Assembly (NCBI GenBank): GCA_016186645.1
Contig: JACPLF010000007.1
Span: 9,151-73,150, forward strand
Reading direction: 5' to 3'
Source of the DNA: Candidatus Levyibacteriota bacterium
GTDB taxonomy: Bacteria > Patescibacteriota > Microgenomatia > Levybacterales > UBA12049
DNA length: 64,000 bases
Part shown: positions 1-10,432 of the stretch, piece by piece
How the letters are laid out: each line of letters starts with the position of its first letter
How positions within the stretch are numbered: the first letter of the stretch is position 1
Notes under the pieces: generated by a model
What the model was told of the DNA's origin: nothing
Seen by the model: the letters and a program-made list of their open reading frames with translations, nothing else
The model's database searches: none
Translations under genes and position numbers: made by a program

Positions 1-1
1 A

Positions 2-307
2 ATAAGAAAAAGAGGTCTTCCCTCATTTCTATTTTTACCATTTCTTAAATTAGCAGCTATCTTGGAGCTAGGCTTTGATTATGAACAATATTCTCCCCTA
101 AATATGATTAAAAAAATTCATGTCCCAATACTTATAACCAGTGCTAAAAAAGATTTAAAAGTTAACTCTACAGATGCTAAAACTTTATATGATGCTGCAA
201 ACAAACCAACAGAATATTGGAAGGCAGACACTTCCCACCGAATCTTTAAGGATAATCCTGAAGAATTCAAAAAGACAGTTTTAAGCTTTTTAGAAAAGTA
301 CGTCTGA
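2..307 (+). CDS. alpha/beta hydrolase, C-terminal fragment (5-prime partial; frame open to window start)
   Basis: Open frame with no stop from nt 2. C-terminal D...H catalytic-like residues (KKDL, TSHR) typical of dienelactone-hydrolase-like folds. ORF track begins at an internal TTG. Confidence 0.4.
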   Translation: MRKRGLPSFLFLPFLKLAAILELGFDYEQYSPLNMIKKIHVPILITSAKKDLKVNSTDAKTLYDAANKPTEYWKADTSHRIFKDNPEEFKKTVLSFLEKYV

Positions 308-330
308 CGATCTTCTGATATAATATTGCC

Positions 331-1293
331 ATGGAAAATCAACTGCCTATCATAGCTACTGTTCTTCTTGGATTCCTTATTCTTTTCTTTATAATAAATA
401 AAAAGCTTTCGGATCTACAAAAAAATAAGCCGGATGATGCTCTTTTGGAATGGCTTAAAACAATGCAATCAACTATCAATTCCTCGTCAACCCATATGGT
501 TAAAACTTTGCAGGAAAACTCCAAGCAATTAAACGAAAGGCTCGATAGAGCGGCAACAGTTATTCGGGATGTTGGAAAAGAAGTAGGCCAAATGAGTGAA
601 ATTGGAAGGTCGATGAAAGAACTTCAGGATTTTCTGAAAAGCCCAAAACTTCGCGGAAATATTGGAGAACAGGTTTTAAAAGACTTAATTTCTCAAATGT
701 TTCCCAAAAATAGTTTCCATATTCAGTACCAATTTAAGTCAGGAGAAAGAGTTGATGCCGCAATTCAGACAGATGCAGGAATTTTATGCATTGACTCCAA
801 ATTTCCAATGGAAAATTTTCAGAAAATGGTTAAAGCGGAAAATAATATTGATAGGAATTTATTTCAGAAAGAATTTGCAAAAGATATTAAAAAACATATA
901 ACCGACATTGCCAAAAAATATATTTTGCCTGAGGAAGGCACAATGGATTTTGCCCTGATGTATGTTCCGAGTGAATCCGTGTATTACGAACTGGTAAATA
1001 TGCTGGACATTATGGATTTTGCAAAACAATCGCGAGTCTATGTTGTATCGCCAACTACTCTCTACGCACATCTTCAAACAATTCTTTTATCTTTTGAAGG
1101 AAAGAAAATAGAAAGCAGATCTCGTGATTTATTTAAAATGCTAAGGGCTTTGCAAGTTGACTATATCAAGGTTGAAGAAAATATGGTGGTACTGGGAAAA
1201 CACATTAATAACGCTTCCTCCCAATTTGCCAATGTGAACATGGGGTTTACGCAAATCGGCCAGAAAATTAATTCAACAAAAAGTCTCCCCTAG
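331..1293 (+). CDS. rmuC: DNA recombination protein RmuC
   Basis: N-terminal TM helix, long coiled coil, C-terminal RmuC nuclease-like core (MYVPSESVYYE). Confidence 0.65.
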   Translation: MENQLPIIATVLLGFLILFFIINKKLSDLQKNKPDDALLEWLKTMQSTINSSSTHMVKTLQENSKQLNERLDRAATVIRDVGKEVGQMSEIGRSMKELQDFLKSPKLRGNIGEQVLKDLISQMFPKNSFHIQYQFKSGERVDAAIQTDAGILCIDSKFPMENFQKMVKAENNIDRNLFQKEFAKDIKKHITDIAKKYILPEEGTMDFALMYVPSESVYYELVNMLDIMDFAKQSRVYVVSPTTLYAHLQTILLSFEGKKIESRSRDLFKMLRALQVDYIKVEENMVVLGKHINNASSQFANVNMGFTQIGQKINSTKSLP

Positions 1294-1994
1294 TAACCTT
1301 CAAAGTCCTCTAGGAAAATTTTCCAACTCTCAACTCCCATTCCGGAAACAACTTCTTCCAAATCTGCGATGGCTAGTGCAGGACCAACTATATAATATAA
1401 ATGTTTGTTGATATTTCTTACATATTTTTTAATGAGTTCTTCATTTATCCGATTTAAAGCGTAAACGATTTTAATATTTGGATAAGTTTTTGAGATACTT
1501 GTTAGCTCTGTAGAAAATAAGACTTCTTCCTTTTTTGAAAATGATGCAAAAAGGACTATTGGAATATTAAGATCTTTTTGACTTACATATTTTATAATAC
1601 TTCTGAAAGGAGTTATCCCAATTCCAGGCGCCAAAAAAACATAAGAAGATTTTTTTGCTTCATCAATAACCAAACTTCCTGAGGGTCCATAAAATTTAAC
1701 AGAAGTTTTCGGTTTAAGGTTAAAAAGAGCTTTTTTAAAAATAGAATTGCCCTTTTTTGTTACAATAGAAATATAATCTTTTTCTAAAGGAGAAGATGCA
1801 ATAGTAAACATTCTTGAATTCCCACGGCTTTTTTCGTTAATAACTGGTAAATATATGTGAACGTACTGACCTGCCAAAAAGTTTAATTTTCCTACGGAGC
1901 GGCGTTTGACGCGGTCAAAATAAAAGGTAAAGACGTCCCTGGCAATTCCTTCCTTTTTGATGAAATTTAAATAAAAATATTTAGCTTCATTCAT
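1290..1994 (-). CDS. FAD/NAD(P)-binding oxidoreductase (ferredoxin-NADP reductase-like, PyrK-like without FeS)
   Basis: R-x-F-T-I-A-S FAD-binding motif and G-I-G-I-T-P NAD-binding motif. No C-terminal Cys cluster. Confidence 0.6.
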   Translation of the reverse strand: MNEAKYFYLNFIKKEGIARDVFTFYFDRVKRRSVGKLNFLAGQYVHIYLPVINEKSRGNSRMFTIASSPLEKDYISIVTKKGNSIFKKALFNLKPKTSVKFYGPSGSLVIDEAKKSSYVFLAPGIGITPFRSIIKYVSQKDLNIPIVLFASFSKKEEVLFSTELTSISKTYPNIKIVYALNRINEELIKKYVRNINKHLYYIVGPALAIADLEEVVSGMGVESWKIFLEDFEGY

Positions 1995-2037
1995 AACCGA
2001 ATATGCTATACTGAATTATAACAAAGGAGGTGAGAAA

Positions 2038-2442
2038 ATGAATAGCAAAATTTTATTGGCAATAGTAGCGTTAATTGTTATTTTCGGAGCGTTTATTTTA
2101 TTGGGAAATAAAAAAACGAGCTTGACAACATCAATAGAAAAAAGTACACCAACGCAAGTACAAATACTAAAAGAAAATGTAACAGTAACTTTATCAGATT
2201 CAGGATTTACACCTAAAGATATTACCGTTAAAGCTGGGACTAGAATAATCTGGGTAAATAAAAGCGGCAAAGCTGCGACTGTAAACTCTGATGATCATCC
2301 GACCCATAGATTGTATCCGTTTCTAAATCTCGGAGAATTTGCAGATAGTTCATCAGTCCAAGTTATAGTTGAAAAAGCTGGAAAATACAACTACCATAAT
2401 CATTACAGCGCAAGCGAGACCGGAACCATAACTGCGCAGTAA
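2038..2442 (+). CDS. secreted/membrane-anchored cupredoxin-like domain protein
   Basis: N-terminal hydrophobic anchor and strong SD (AGGAGGTGA). Cupredoxin-like beta-sandwich signature (ITVKAGTRIIWVN..DHPTH) but no Cys, so probably not copper-binding. Confidence 0.4.
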   Translation: MNSKILLAIVALIVIFGAFILLGNKKTSLTTSIEKSTPTQVQILKENVTVTLSDSGFTPKDITVKAGTRIIWVNKSGKAATVNSDDHPTHRLYPFLNLGEFADSSSVQVIVEKAGKYNYHNHYSASETGTITAQ

Positions 2443-2473
2443 AAAAATGGGGCTTTTGTGTTAAAATAGCCGC

Positions 2474-5341
2474 ATGACGGACAAGAAGATTTTAAATCCC
2501 CAGCAAATAGAAGCTGTTAGGCATTTGGGAGGCCCGCTTCTAATTATTGCAGGTGCTGGAACCGGAAAAACAACAGTAATAACAGAGAGAATAAAGTATT
2601 TGATACTTAAGAAAAACATTCTTCCCTCCCAGATTCTAGCTCTAACTTTTACAGAAAAGGCAGCACGGGAAATGGAAGAACGAGTTGATGTGGCAATGCC
2701 ATACGGGTATACCCAAATGTGGATATCAACTTTTCATGCGTTCTGCGACCAGATTTTACATAACGACGCACACGCAATCGGTCTTAACCCGGGATATAAA
2801 TTAACTTCCGAAACTGAATCAATACTGCTCTTACGTCAAAATATTTTCAATATCGGACTTGATCTTTTTAAACCTTTGGGAAATCCTACTAAATTTCTGG
2901 ATGCATTGCTGACTCATTTCTCAAGACTTAAGGATGAAGATGTATCGCCCAAAGAATATCTTGAGTGGGCAAAAAAACAAAAACCAACCGAAGAAACACA
3001 ACAATATCTGGAACTCGCACATTCTTACAAGCGGTATGAGGAATTAAAAGTCAAAGAAGGAATGATGGATTTCTCCGACCTTATCTCCAACGTTTTATTA
3101 CTATTTCGGACAAGAAAAAATATTCTAAAGAAATATCAAAAGCAATTTAAATTTATTTTGGTTGATGAATTTCAGGACACCAATTACGCTCAAAACGAGC
3201 TGGCAATACTGCTTGCAGGCCAGGATAAAAATATTACCGTAGTTGCGGATGACGACCAATCAATCTATAGATTCAGGGGAGCGGCTGTTTCGAATGTTTT
3301 ACAGTTTAAAAAAAGTTTCCCAAAGGCAAAAGTTGTCACACTAAATAATAATTACAGATCCACCCAACCAATTTTAGATGCCGCTTATCGACTGATCCAA
3401 CATAATAATCCCAATCGGCTGGAAATAGTCGAAGGCATTGATAAAAAACTAAAAAGTCATTCTATTGCTCCTGAAAAAGGTATTGAAGTAATTCATGAGG
3501 TAAGGAGTGAAGATGAAGCAGATAAAATAGCCCGCACTGTAAAAGAACTAACAAAGAAAAAGTACCAATATAAAGATCTTGCAATTTTGGTTAGAGCGAA
3601 TAATCATGCCGGACTTATTGCAACTGCATTGCAAAGGTACAGAATCCCTTTCCAATTTTTAGGTCCGGGGTATCTTTTCCAACAGGAAGAAATAAAAGAT
3701 TTGATTGCCTATCTTGCTTTCCTGACCAATCTTTCGGATTCTGTTTCTCTTTTCAGGATACTCTCAATGGATATTTTCAATCTTCCCTACATTGAACTTA
3801 ATTATCTCCTAAATTTTGCCAAAAGAAAAAACTATAGTCTTTTTGAAGCATTATTCGATATTAATCAATCATTTTTAAAACCCGCCACGCAAGAAAAACT
3901 AATAAATTTCAGGGAGATGGTCAAGCGTCATCTGGAAAAAAGCAAAAAAAAGTCTGCCGGACAAATTCTTTATTATTTCTTGGTGGACTCGAAACTTTTC
4001 GAAACTCTAAATACCACTAATTCTATTGAGGAGGAGCGCAGGGTTCAGAATATTGCAAAGTTTTTTGACAGAGTGAAAGGTTTTGAAACCGAACGTCCCG
4101 ATACGAATATCTTTACGCTTTATGAATGGCTGAATCTTATGCTGCAAATGGGAGACAGCCCAAAAGCCACAGACATCGATGTAAAAGACAGAAATGCTGT
4201 TAATATTTTAACTGTACATTCTTCAAAAGGGCTTGAGTTTAAAGTTGTATTTTTGGTAAATCTCGTAGCTGATCGATTTCCCTCCCGGGAAAGAAGTGAA
4301 AAAATTCCCTTGCCCCTTGGAATTATCAAAGAAAAAATAGATCCAAATAGCGATTTTCATCTGGAAGAAGAACGCAGGCTTTTTTATGTCGGCATGACGC
4401 GGGCAAAAGAAAGACTGTATTTTACTGCGGCAGATTACTACGCAAGCGCAAAACGGCCTCGAAAAATCTCTCCTTTTGTTTACGAAGCTCTCCCCAAACT
4501 ACAAAAACAAGAAGATGCAAAAAGCCATATTGAACAATTGTCTCTTCCGCGGATTCTTTCTGTTTATCAGGAAAAAGCTGAAAAACAAGAAAAAAGACTT
4601 TCTTTAAAATTAAACTATATTACTTTCTCAAATCTCCAGATGTTCGATATCTGTCCTCTGCATTATAAAGCAAAGGTGATTTTTAATCTCCCGACTCCAA
4701 TAGCAAGTGTGCAAAGTTTTGGTATTTCCATACATAATACTCTGTATAATTTTTATAAATATCTTAAAGAAGGAAATACTCCATCGCTCAAAAAACTGCA
4801 GGAGATACTTAAAGAAGAGTGGATAACCGATGGATATACCAACAAGAAGCATGAAGAGGAACGCTTTCTGCAAGGAGTTAAAATCCTGGAAGAATTTTAT
4901 AAAACAGAATTCAAAAATCCAACAAAACCCTTGGGGCTGGAAATGCCTTTTTCATTTGTTTTGAAAAATGGCGTTAAAGTTTTTGGCAAAATTGACAGAA
5001 TAGACCAAAAAAGTAAAGGTATTGAGATAATCGATTACAAAACAGGAGTAGATAATCCGAAGGCAAAAGAAGCACACAGATTGCAACTTGCTATGTATGC
5101 CTTAGCGGCAACCAAAGTAAAAGATAATATTCTTAATCGCCGTCCCGAAGATATCACCTTAACACTTCATTTCTTGGAAGCGAATACAAAAAAGAGTATG
5201 AATTTCAAACAGGAAGATTTGGATAAATTGGAAGACGACCTAATTGAAAAAATCAAAGAAATTGAAAAAAGTGATTTTCAATGCAGCAAAAACGTTCTTT
5301 GCCTTAACTGCGAATACAAAATGCTGTGCAATAGCGTATAA
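2474..5341 (+). CDS. UvrD/PcrA-family ATP-dependent helicase fused to C-terminal PD-(D/E)XK (Cas4/AddB-like) FeS nuclease domain
   Basis: Walker A GAGTGKTT, DEFQDTN, full UvrD motif set. C-terminal region has ICPLHY (Cys 1), DRID, IDYKTG, QLAMYA and a terminal CxxxxxCxxC triad, giving four Cys as in the Cas4/AddB [4Fe-4S] nuclease. Confidence 0.8.
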   Translation: MTDKKILNPQQIEAVRHLGGPLLIIAGAGTGKTTVITERIKYLILKKNILPSQILALTFTEKAAREMEERVDVAMPYGYTQMWISTFHAFCDQILHNDAHAIGLNPGYKLTSETESILLLRQNIFNIGLDLFKPLGNPTKFLDALLTHFSRLKDEDVSPKEYLEWAKKQKPTEETQQYLELAHSYKRYEELKVKEGMMDFSDLISNVLLLFRTRKNILKKYQKQFKFILVDEFQDTNYAQNELAILLAGQDKNITVVADDDQSIYRFRGAAVSNVLQFKKSFPKAKVVTLNNNYRSTQPILDAAYRLIQHNNPNRLEIVEGIDKKLKSHSIAPEKGIEVIHEVRSEDEADKIARTVKELTKKKYQYKDLAILVRANNHAGLIATALQRYRIPFQFLGPGYLFQQEEIKDLIAYLAFLTNLSDSVSLFRILSMDIFNLPYIELNYLLNFAKRKNYSLFEALFDINQSFLKPATQEKLINFREMVKRHLEKSKKKSAGQILYYFLVDSKLFETLNTTNSIEEERRVQNIAKFFDRVKGFETERPDTNIFTLYEWLNLMLQMGDSPKATDIDVKDRNAVNILTVHSSKGLEFKVVFLVNLVADRFPSRERSEKIPLPLGIIKEKIDPNSDFHLEEERRLFYVGMTRAKERLYFTAADYYASAKRPRKISPFVYEALPKLQKQEDAKSHIEQLSLPRILSVYQEKAEKQEKRLSLKLNYITFSNLQMFDICPLHYKAKVIFNLPTPIASVQSFGISIHNTLYNFYKYLKEGNTPSLKKLQEILKEEWITDGYTNKKHEEERFLQGVKILEEFYKTEFKNPTKPLGLEMPFSFVLKNGVKVFGKIDRIDQKSKGIEIIDYKTGVDNPKAKEAHRLQLAMYALAATKVKDNILNRRPEDITLTLHFLEANTKKSMNFKQEDLDKLEDDLIEKIKEIEKSDFQCSKNVLCLNCEYKMLCNSV

Positions 5342-5345
5342 AAGT

Positions 5346-5775
5346 GCTCTAGGAAGAAAGTAAGCCAGATTCTGTTTCACTTCGCCGAAGTTATACGAAG
5401 GCGAGTTTCTCCCGCTTTCGCTGAGGCTTCAGCGAGGCTAAGCCGTAATCTATCTCGTTTGTGATACTTAGTCACACACGCCACTTTTTAGGTGATGCCT
5501 TTCTTTGATACTCCTGTAAAGAAAGTAATAACGTATCGTTCGAAAGTTGCAGCAGGTAGGATTGTCGCGTTTCACCCCCGCTCGTCTCTGTTACTCTCAA
5601 GTTTTGTTAATTAAAAACTTGTTTTATACTCTACATGCGGGCAAAGAGTATAAACACTAGCGCTTGCGCGTCGGAGCTTACGCCCCATCCCCGTCTTTAC
5701 ACCTGTCTGGACTTTCCTCCCGAACAAGTTTTGCCTAGCAAAATTTGCGCGGGTAACGGATCTTCTTCCTAGAGC
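5346..5775 (-). ncRNA. rnpB: RNase P RNA (bacterial type A)
   Basis: On the minus strand: GGAGGAAAGUCCAGAC (P4 5-prime strand), AGGGUGAAAC, and ACAGAAUCUGGCUUAC (P4 3-prime strand). P4 pairing keeps complementarity through CGG/CCG to CAG/CUG covariation. Terminal P1 helix GCUCUAGGAAGAAG / CUUUCUUCCUAGAGC. GC-rich island in AT-rich DNA, no ORF. Confidence 0.8.
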
Positions 5776-5811
5776 AGGTGTAGTTTACTATATTTACAAC
5801 TTAAAAACAAG

Positions 5812-6084
5812 TTATCTAACTACCTTTTTAAGCGTCTTCCCTGGAGTAAAACCCGGAGCCTTTCTGGCTGCTATAGTTATTTTTTCTCCAGTTTTCGGGT
5901 TACGGCCAACTCGCTCAACTCTATTACGAACAGAAAAAGTTCCAAATCCTGTAATAACTACTTTTTCTCCTCGTTTTAGAGCATCCCTGATGGAATTTAT
6001 AACAGCTTGCACAGAATCTCTTGATGCTTTATTTGTTAAGTTTGCTTTTTTAGCAACAACTTCAATTAATTCTCTTTTTGTCAA
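5812..6084 (-). CDS. hup: DNA-binding protein HU
   Basis: Full-length HU signature (GFGTFSVRNR..RNPKTGEKITI). TTG start preceded by GGGGGTGA SD. Confidence 0.9.
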   Translation of the reverse strand: MTKRELIEVVAKKANLTNKASRDSVQAVINSIRDALKRGEKVVITGFGTFSVRNRVERVGRNPKTGEKITIAARKAPGFTPGKTLKKVVR

Positions 6085-6164
6085 ATTTGTTCACCCCCTT
6101 TTCTATCCCGCTAAGCGGGATTGATCCGCCTAAATTCGCGAAAAGCAAGAATCGGCGGACTAAA

Positions 6165-6200
6165 CTCATTTCATATCTTCGATTAGCTTAAAAATATAAT
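6165..6200 (-). promoter_or_regulatory. candidate sigma70-like promoter for hup with ~100-nt structured leader
   Basis: Minus-strand TTGACT, 17 nt, TATTTT. Leader contains palindromes ATCCCGCTTAGCGGGAT and TCCGCC..GGCGGA. Confidence 0.2.
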
Positions 6201-6229
6201 GAAAACAACAGAAAGTCAATAGGTCAATA

Positions 6230-7486
6230 TTATTCTCCCGAAACAGCGCGGAATTCGCGGATTGCAGTAACTTTAACTTCTCCCGGAACTGCTAATGCAT
6301 TGCTAACCTCTTCTCTTATTTTATTTGCAGTTATTAAAGTCTCTGCATCATCCAAACGTCCAGGATTTATAACAACTCTTAGCTCCCTACCTGCTTCAAA
6401 TGCATACGCATCATCAACACCTTCGTATTTCTTGGCGATTTCCTCCATATCCCTAAGTCTTTTCGCATATCCCTCTATGTCTTCGTATCTAGCGCCGGGA
6501 CGGGCTCCTGAAATTGCATCAGCAATAGACACTATGACGGATTCCATAGATGAGAATGGCTTGTCTTCATGATGCTCAGCTACACAATTAACTATTTTTT
6601 CAGGGATGTTGAATCTCTTCAATAGCTCTACTCCCAATTTAACGTGACTTCCTTCGCCCTCAACTACTTTTCCAATATCATGGAAAAGACATCCAAGTCT
6701 CACGATATTAACGTCAGCACCGATTTCACTTGCGATATGCATTCCGATTTTAGTCTCTTCAAGAGTATGAACAATAAGGTTTTGTCCATATGAAGTTCTG
6801 AATTTAAATCTTCCCAAAATAGACATAAGCTCGACCGGCAAATTGAACACTCCTATTTCATGAGCTATTTTCTCTCCCTCTTCCAGCATCACTTTTTCCA
6901 CTTCCTGCTTTGTCTGATTAACAACTTCTTCAATTCTAAAAGGCTGAATTCGCGTATCTTTGAGGAGTTTTTCCAGGCTTCGCCTGGCAGTTTCACGTCT
7001 CACAGAATCAAAACATGAAAGTCTGATTATGCCTTCTTCGTCCAAGTCAACATCCACACCCGTTGCCTGCTCAAAAGCCCGAATATTGCGCCCTTCTTTT
7101 CCGATAATTCTTCCCTTTATTTCTTCATCCTCTATTTTAATTGTTGAGACAGTATATTCTGCAATATAATCCAATGCTCCATGCCGCATGCTATCCAATA
7201 AAATTTCCTGGGATTTTTTGGCAGCAGTTCTTTTGGCATCTTCTTCTTTTTCTTTAATGAGTCTTGCAATAATTTGAGCTTCTTTTTGCTCTGTTTCGCG
7301 GAGTAGCTCTGCTTTTGCCTCTTCAGCTGTTAAGCCGGAAACTTTTTGGAGTTTTGTGGAGTATTCTTCTTTTTTCTTGGAAAGCTCTTGTTTTTCTTTT
7401 TCGATCTGTTCTTTTTCGCGATCTAATTTCTCTTCTTTTTCAAAGAGTTTCTTCTCAAGCGCAATCAAATCCTGATTCTGATTCAT
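6230..7486 (-). CDS. rny: ribonuclease Y (short form without N-terminal TM)
   Basis: Coiled coil, KH domain (GRIIGKEGRNIR), HD domain (HDIGK). Confidence 0.8.
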   Translation of the reverse strand: MNQNQDLIALEKKLFEKEEKLDREKEQIEKEKQELSKKKEEYSTKLQKVSGLTAEEAKAELLRETEQKEAQIIARLIKEKEEDAKRTAAKKSQEILLDSMRHGALDYIAEYTVSTIKIEDEEIKGRIIGKEGRNIRAFEQATGVDVDLDEEGIIRLSCFDSVRRETARRSLEKLLKDTRIQPFRIEEVVNQTKQEVEKVMLEEGEKIAHEIGVFNLPVELMSILGRFKFRTSYGQNLIVHTLEETKIGMHIASEIGADVNIVRLGCLFHDIGKVVEGEGSHVKLGVELLKRFNIPEKIVNCVAEHHEDKPFSSMESVIVSIADAISGARPGARYEDIEGYAKRLRDMEEIAKKYEGVDDAYAFEAGRELRVVINPGRLDDAETLITANKIREEVSNALAVPGEVKVTAIREFRAVSGE

Positions 7487-7602
7487 AATAAATTATTCGT
7501 AGGCAAAAAGAGGAATACCGCTTCAAAAGCGATACTTAGATCTTGAAAGAGGAAATAAAAACACTTCTTTTCATAGATTAACCTCTTGTCTACTTATGGT
7601 AA

Positions 7603-8085
7603 TTATACTCCCTTTTTTAATGTTTCGTCAATGGTTTTTTTGATCGTGTCCCAATTAAATCCTTTCGAAGCCAAAAACCGACCTAGCTTTTGATAAATCT
7701 CTTCTTTTGATAAATCCTTAAATCGTTCAATCCTCTCTTGAGCAAGTTTCTTTGCCTGATCCAAATCGCTGTTAATTGTTAATTGTAAATTGTTAATTGT
7801 TTCAAGATCGATTCCTTTTTGTTTTAATTCCATTTTTATCAAACGCAAACTTCGCGGCTTAAACCTTATCCTGCTTTCCACAAACCACTTTGCAAACTTC
7901 TCATCATTGATAAATTTCTTCTCCTTGAGTTTTTGGATAATTTCGTCAATAACTTTTGAGTTTTGAGTTGTATTTTTTACTTTTGAGTTTTGAATTTTGA
8001 ATTTCAAACGGTCTCTCACTTCCTTCTCCGACCGCGGCCGATACGACAAAAACCGAAGCGCTAGGTTATAAAACTTATCTTCCAT
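7603..8085 (-). CDS. recX: recombination regulator RecX
   Basis: RecX three-helix-repeat architecture (LRFLSYRPRSEKEV...). Located downstream of recA. Confidence 0.7.
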   Translation of the reverse strand: MEDKFYNLALRFLSYRPRSEKEVRDRLKFKIQNSKVKNTTQNSKVIDEIIQKLKEKKFINDEKFAKWFVESRIRFKPRSLRLIKMELKQKGIDLETINNLQLTINSDLDQAKKLAQERIERFKDLSKEEIYQKLGRFLASKGFNWDTIKKTIDETLKKGV

Positions 8086-8100
8086 AATGGAATTATAACA

Positions 8101-9312
8101 TTAAGAAACTTCATTTTCCCCAAGATTTTTTATCATTTCTCCAAATCCTATTGCTTGTAATGCCGGGAATGCATGAGCCACTCCCTGCACCAGATGTACG
8201 CCCTGTGAAGCATCAGTTGATGATCCGTTAAAGAATGCGATCGCCTCTTTAAGCCTCATTAAAACATCATATTCCGAAATAACTAAATCTAATTTCACGC
8301 CTTTTCGCTCAAGATCTGCAAATTCTTCCATTGTCTTACTTCCAAATCCCTTAATAAGGGTATTCATTAGCCCAATGTAGCCCCCCATGGCGCTTAGTAT
8401 TGAGATTCGCGTTGCTTCTAGAATCGGCTCTTCTTCCAATTCAAAACTGCCTGCGTATATTTCAGCTAATGGTTTTCGAAACTTTTCTCCATACTCTTTT
8501 ACCAAATCCCTCAAGACATCATAATTCCTATTTTCTATTGCCGAACGAATCAATGCACTATAATCTGCAATTTCTTCTTTTTGAGCATCAGACAAATGAG
8601 ATACAAAATTGTCTTTTGAAGCAACTGCATCTAATGAAAAACTTTTTTGATCTTTCTGGTATTGCGATAATTCTGGCATCGCTTCTCTTAATGCAACTAT
8701 TAGATCTTCCGGAGCAATTCCTTCGGGAGGAAAAGCAGTAAGCGCATCAATTCCTCTAAGTAAAGTATTTGACTTAGGAGATTGCTCTCTAGCAAAACGT
8801 ACTGTTCTTGTCAAAAATCTAATTGGTCCCGCAATGCCTTTCAAGAAACCGCTGGGAGCAATCAAAATAATATGAAGATTTTTGGTATTTTCTTCATTTT
8901 CAAAAAATTCTCTATCTCTTGCTTTAACCTTATCTATTGCTTTTTTTAATTCAGCTGCGCCAAGAGAATGCGCTACAATATCCAAGCCTTCTTTTGCATG
9001 CTCTTGAATAAAGTCTGCCATTTCATTGAAACGGTTAGGATTTTGCGGATCTTCAAAGTTATAAACAGAATTAAATGCCTCAACCCTTCCAACGCCATAC
9101 TGTTTCTCAAGCCCCTCTTTTATCCCGCGGATACCGGCATTTGTACCCTTTCCTCCTGAGATAAATAAACAATGCGGTTTTAGATTTACAACTTCTGGCG
9201 ATGGTTGCACTTCGCTTTTAAAAGGTGGCGTCTGAATTTCGCCTCCGCCTGGCTCACTCATTAAAAGAAGTATACCACAGAATTTTTTATTTTTCCTCAA
9301 TTCCGACCTCAA
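8101..9312 (-). CDS. alpha/beta-hydrolase fold protein with lipase-type A-H-S-L-G motif, function unknown
   Basis: 403 aa. Nucleophile elbow AHSLGA. Overlaps the recA stop by 26 nt. Sits between recA and recX. Confidence 0.5.
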   Translation of the reverse strand: MRSELRKNKKFCGILLLMSEPGGGEIQTPPFKSEVQPSPEVVNLKPHCLFISGGKGTNAGIRGIKEGLEKQYGVGRVEAFNSVYNFEDPQNPNRFNEMADFIQEHAKEGLDIVAHSLGAAELKKAIDKVKARDREFFENEENTKNLHIILIAPSGFLKGIAGPIRFLTRTVRFAREQSPKSNTLLRGIDALTAFPPEGIAPEDLIVALREAMPELSQYQKDQKSFSLDAVASKDNFVSHLSDAQKEEIADYSALIRSAIENRNYDVLRDLVKEYGEKFRKPLAEIYAGSFELEEEPILEATRISILSAMGGYIGLMNTLIKGFGSKTMEEFADLERKGVKLDLVISEYDVLMRLKEAIAFFNGSSTDASQGVHLVQGVAHAFPALQAIGFGEMIKNLGENEVS

Positions 9313-10384
9313 CAGGAGTGCCGCCGGATTTATTTTTTTTCAAAATCTTATCAACTATTTTTTTGGCAGTCTCGGGTTTTTCTTTAAGAAATATTTTTGT
9401 TGCTTCTTTTCCTTGTCCTAGCATCAAATCACCAAATCTATAGAATGCTCCTGATTTTTCAATAACTCTCATTTCTACTCCAACATCTACAATTCCGCCT
9501 TCCCGGGATACTCCATCCGCCATCACGTCAAACTCTGCAATTCTAAATGGAGCCGACACTTTATTTTTTACAATTTTTACTCTGTGGCGTGAACCAATAG
9601 CTCTGTCTCCATCTTTAAGCGTTTCTATTTTGCGAACATCCATTCTCATAGTGGCATAAAATTTGAGAGCCAAGCCTCCTGTTGTGGTCTCAGGATTTCC
9701 AAACATAACTCCAATTTTTTGGCGCAATTGGTTTGTAAATATCGCAACAGTTTTTGATTTGGAAATAACACCTGTTAATTTTCGAAGCGCCTGAGACATA
9801 AGGCGGGCTTGAAGTCCCATCATTGAATCTCCCATTTCTCCTTCAATTTCCGCCCTAGGAACCAATGCCGCTACTGAATCAATAACCAACACATCAACTC
9901 CGCCCGAGCGGATTAAACTTTCGGCAATCTCCAGAGCCTGCTCTCCTGTATCCGGCTGAGAAATCAATAAATCGTCAAGCTTAACCCCAAGTTTTTGTGC
10001 CCATAAAGGATCAAGAGCATGCTCTGCGTCAATAAATGCCGCAACTCCTCCATGCTTTTGCGCTTGCGCTATAATTGACAAACAAATTGTGGTTTTTCCA
10101 GATGCTTCTGGCCCATAGATTTCTATGATTCTTCCTCTTGGCACTCCGCCTACTCCAAGCGCCAAATCCAAGGGAAGACAGCCTGTTGAGATAACCGAGA
10201 TATCAAACTTCTGACCCACTTCGCCAAAGCGCATTATGGATCCTCTTCCATATTGCTTCTCTATCTGCTCCATTGCCATTTTTACTGCCGCAAGTTTTTG
10301 AGAGGATTCTGCTTGCCCTGAGCTTTGCCGAAGAGCGTGACCATTAGGTACTGATTTCTGAGATGAGGTCCTGCCCATATGCAC
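9287..10384 (-). CDS. recA: recombinase RecA
   Basis: Near-identical core ([45 protein letters not shown]). The true start may be an internal ATG near 10376. Confidence 0.95.
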   Translation of the reverse strand: MHMGRTSSQKSVPNGHALRQSSGQAESSQKLAAVKMAMEQIEKQYGRGSIMRFGEVGQKFDISVISTGCLPLDLALGVGGVPRGRIIEIYGPEASGKTTICLSIIAQAQKHGGVAAFIDAEHALDPLWAQKLGVKLDDLLISQPDTGEQALEIAESLIRSGGVDVLVIDSVAALVPRAEIEGEMGDSMMGLQARLMSQALRKLTGVISKSKTVAIFTNQLRQKIGVMFGNPETTTGGLALKFYATMRMDVRKIETLKDGDRAIGSRHRVKIVKNKVSAPFRIAEFDVMADGVSREGGIVDVGVEMRVIEKSGAFYRFGDLMLGQGKEATKIFLKEKPETAKKIVDKILKKNKSGGTPVEVGIEEK

Positions 10385-10432
10385 CTAATTTAAACGATTT
10401 TTCCAAAAAAAACAAGGTATCAAAATTGTTAG

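Noticed and set aside
118-1077. Minus-strand ORFs 118-342, 339-524 and 859-1077
   Set aside because: Antisense to the hydrolase and rmuC genes, low-complexity composition, no motifs.
7950-8010. Short tandem DNA repeats (TTTTGAGTT / TTTTGAATT) inside recX
   Set aside because: Encode a duplicated NSKVKNTTQNSKV peptide within the intact ORF. Probably simple slippage, not a separate element.
10317-10338. Copy of CTGAGCTTTGCCGAAG palindromic motif in the N-terminal region of the recA ORF
   Set aside because: Cannot decide whether this is a repeat in the 5-prime UTR (true start at 10376 or later) or coding. RecA helix-1 conservation begins just downstream, so it is left as an annotation note only.
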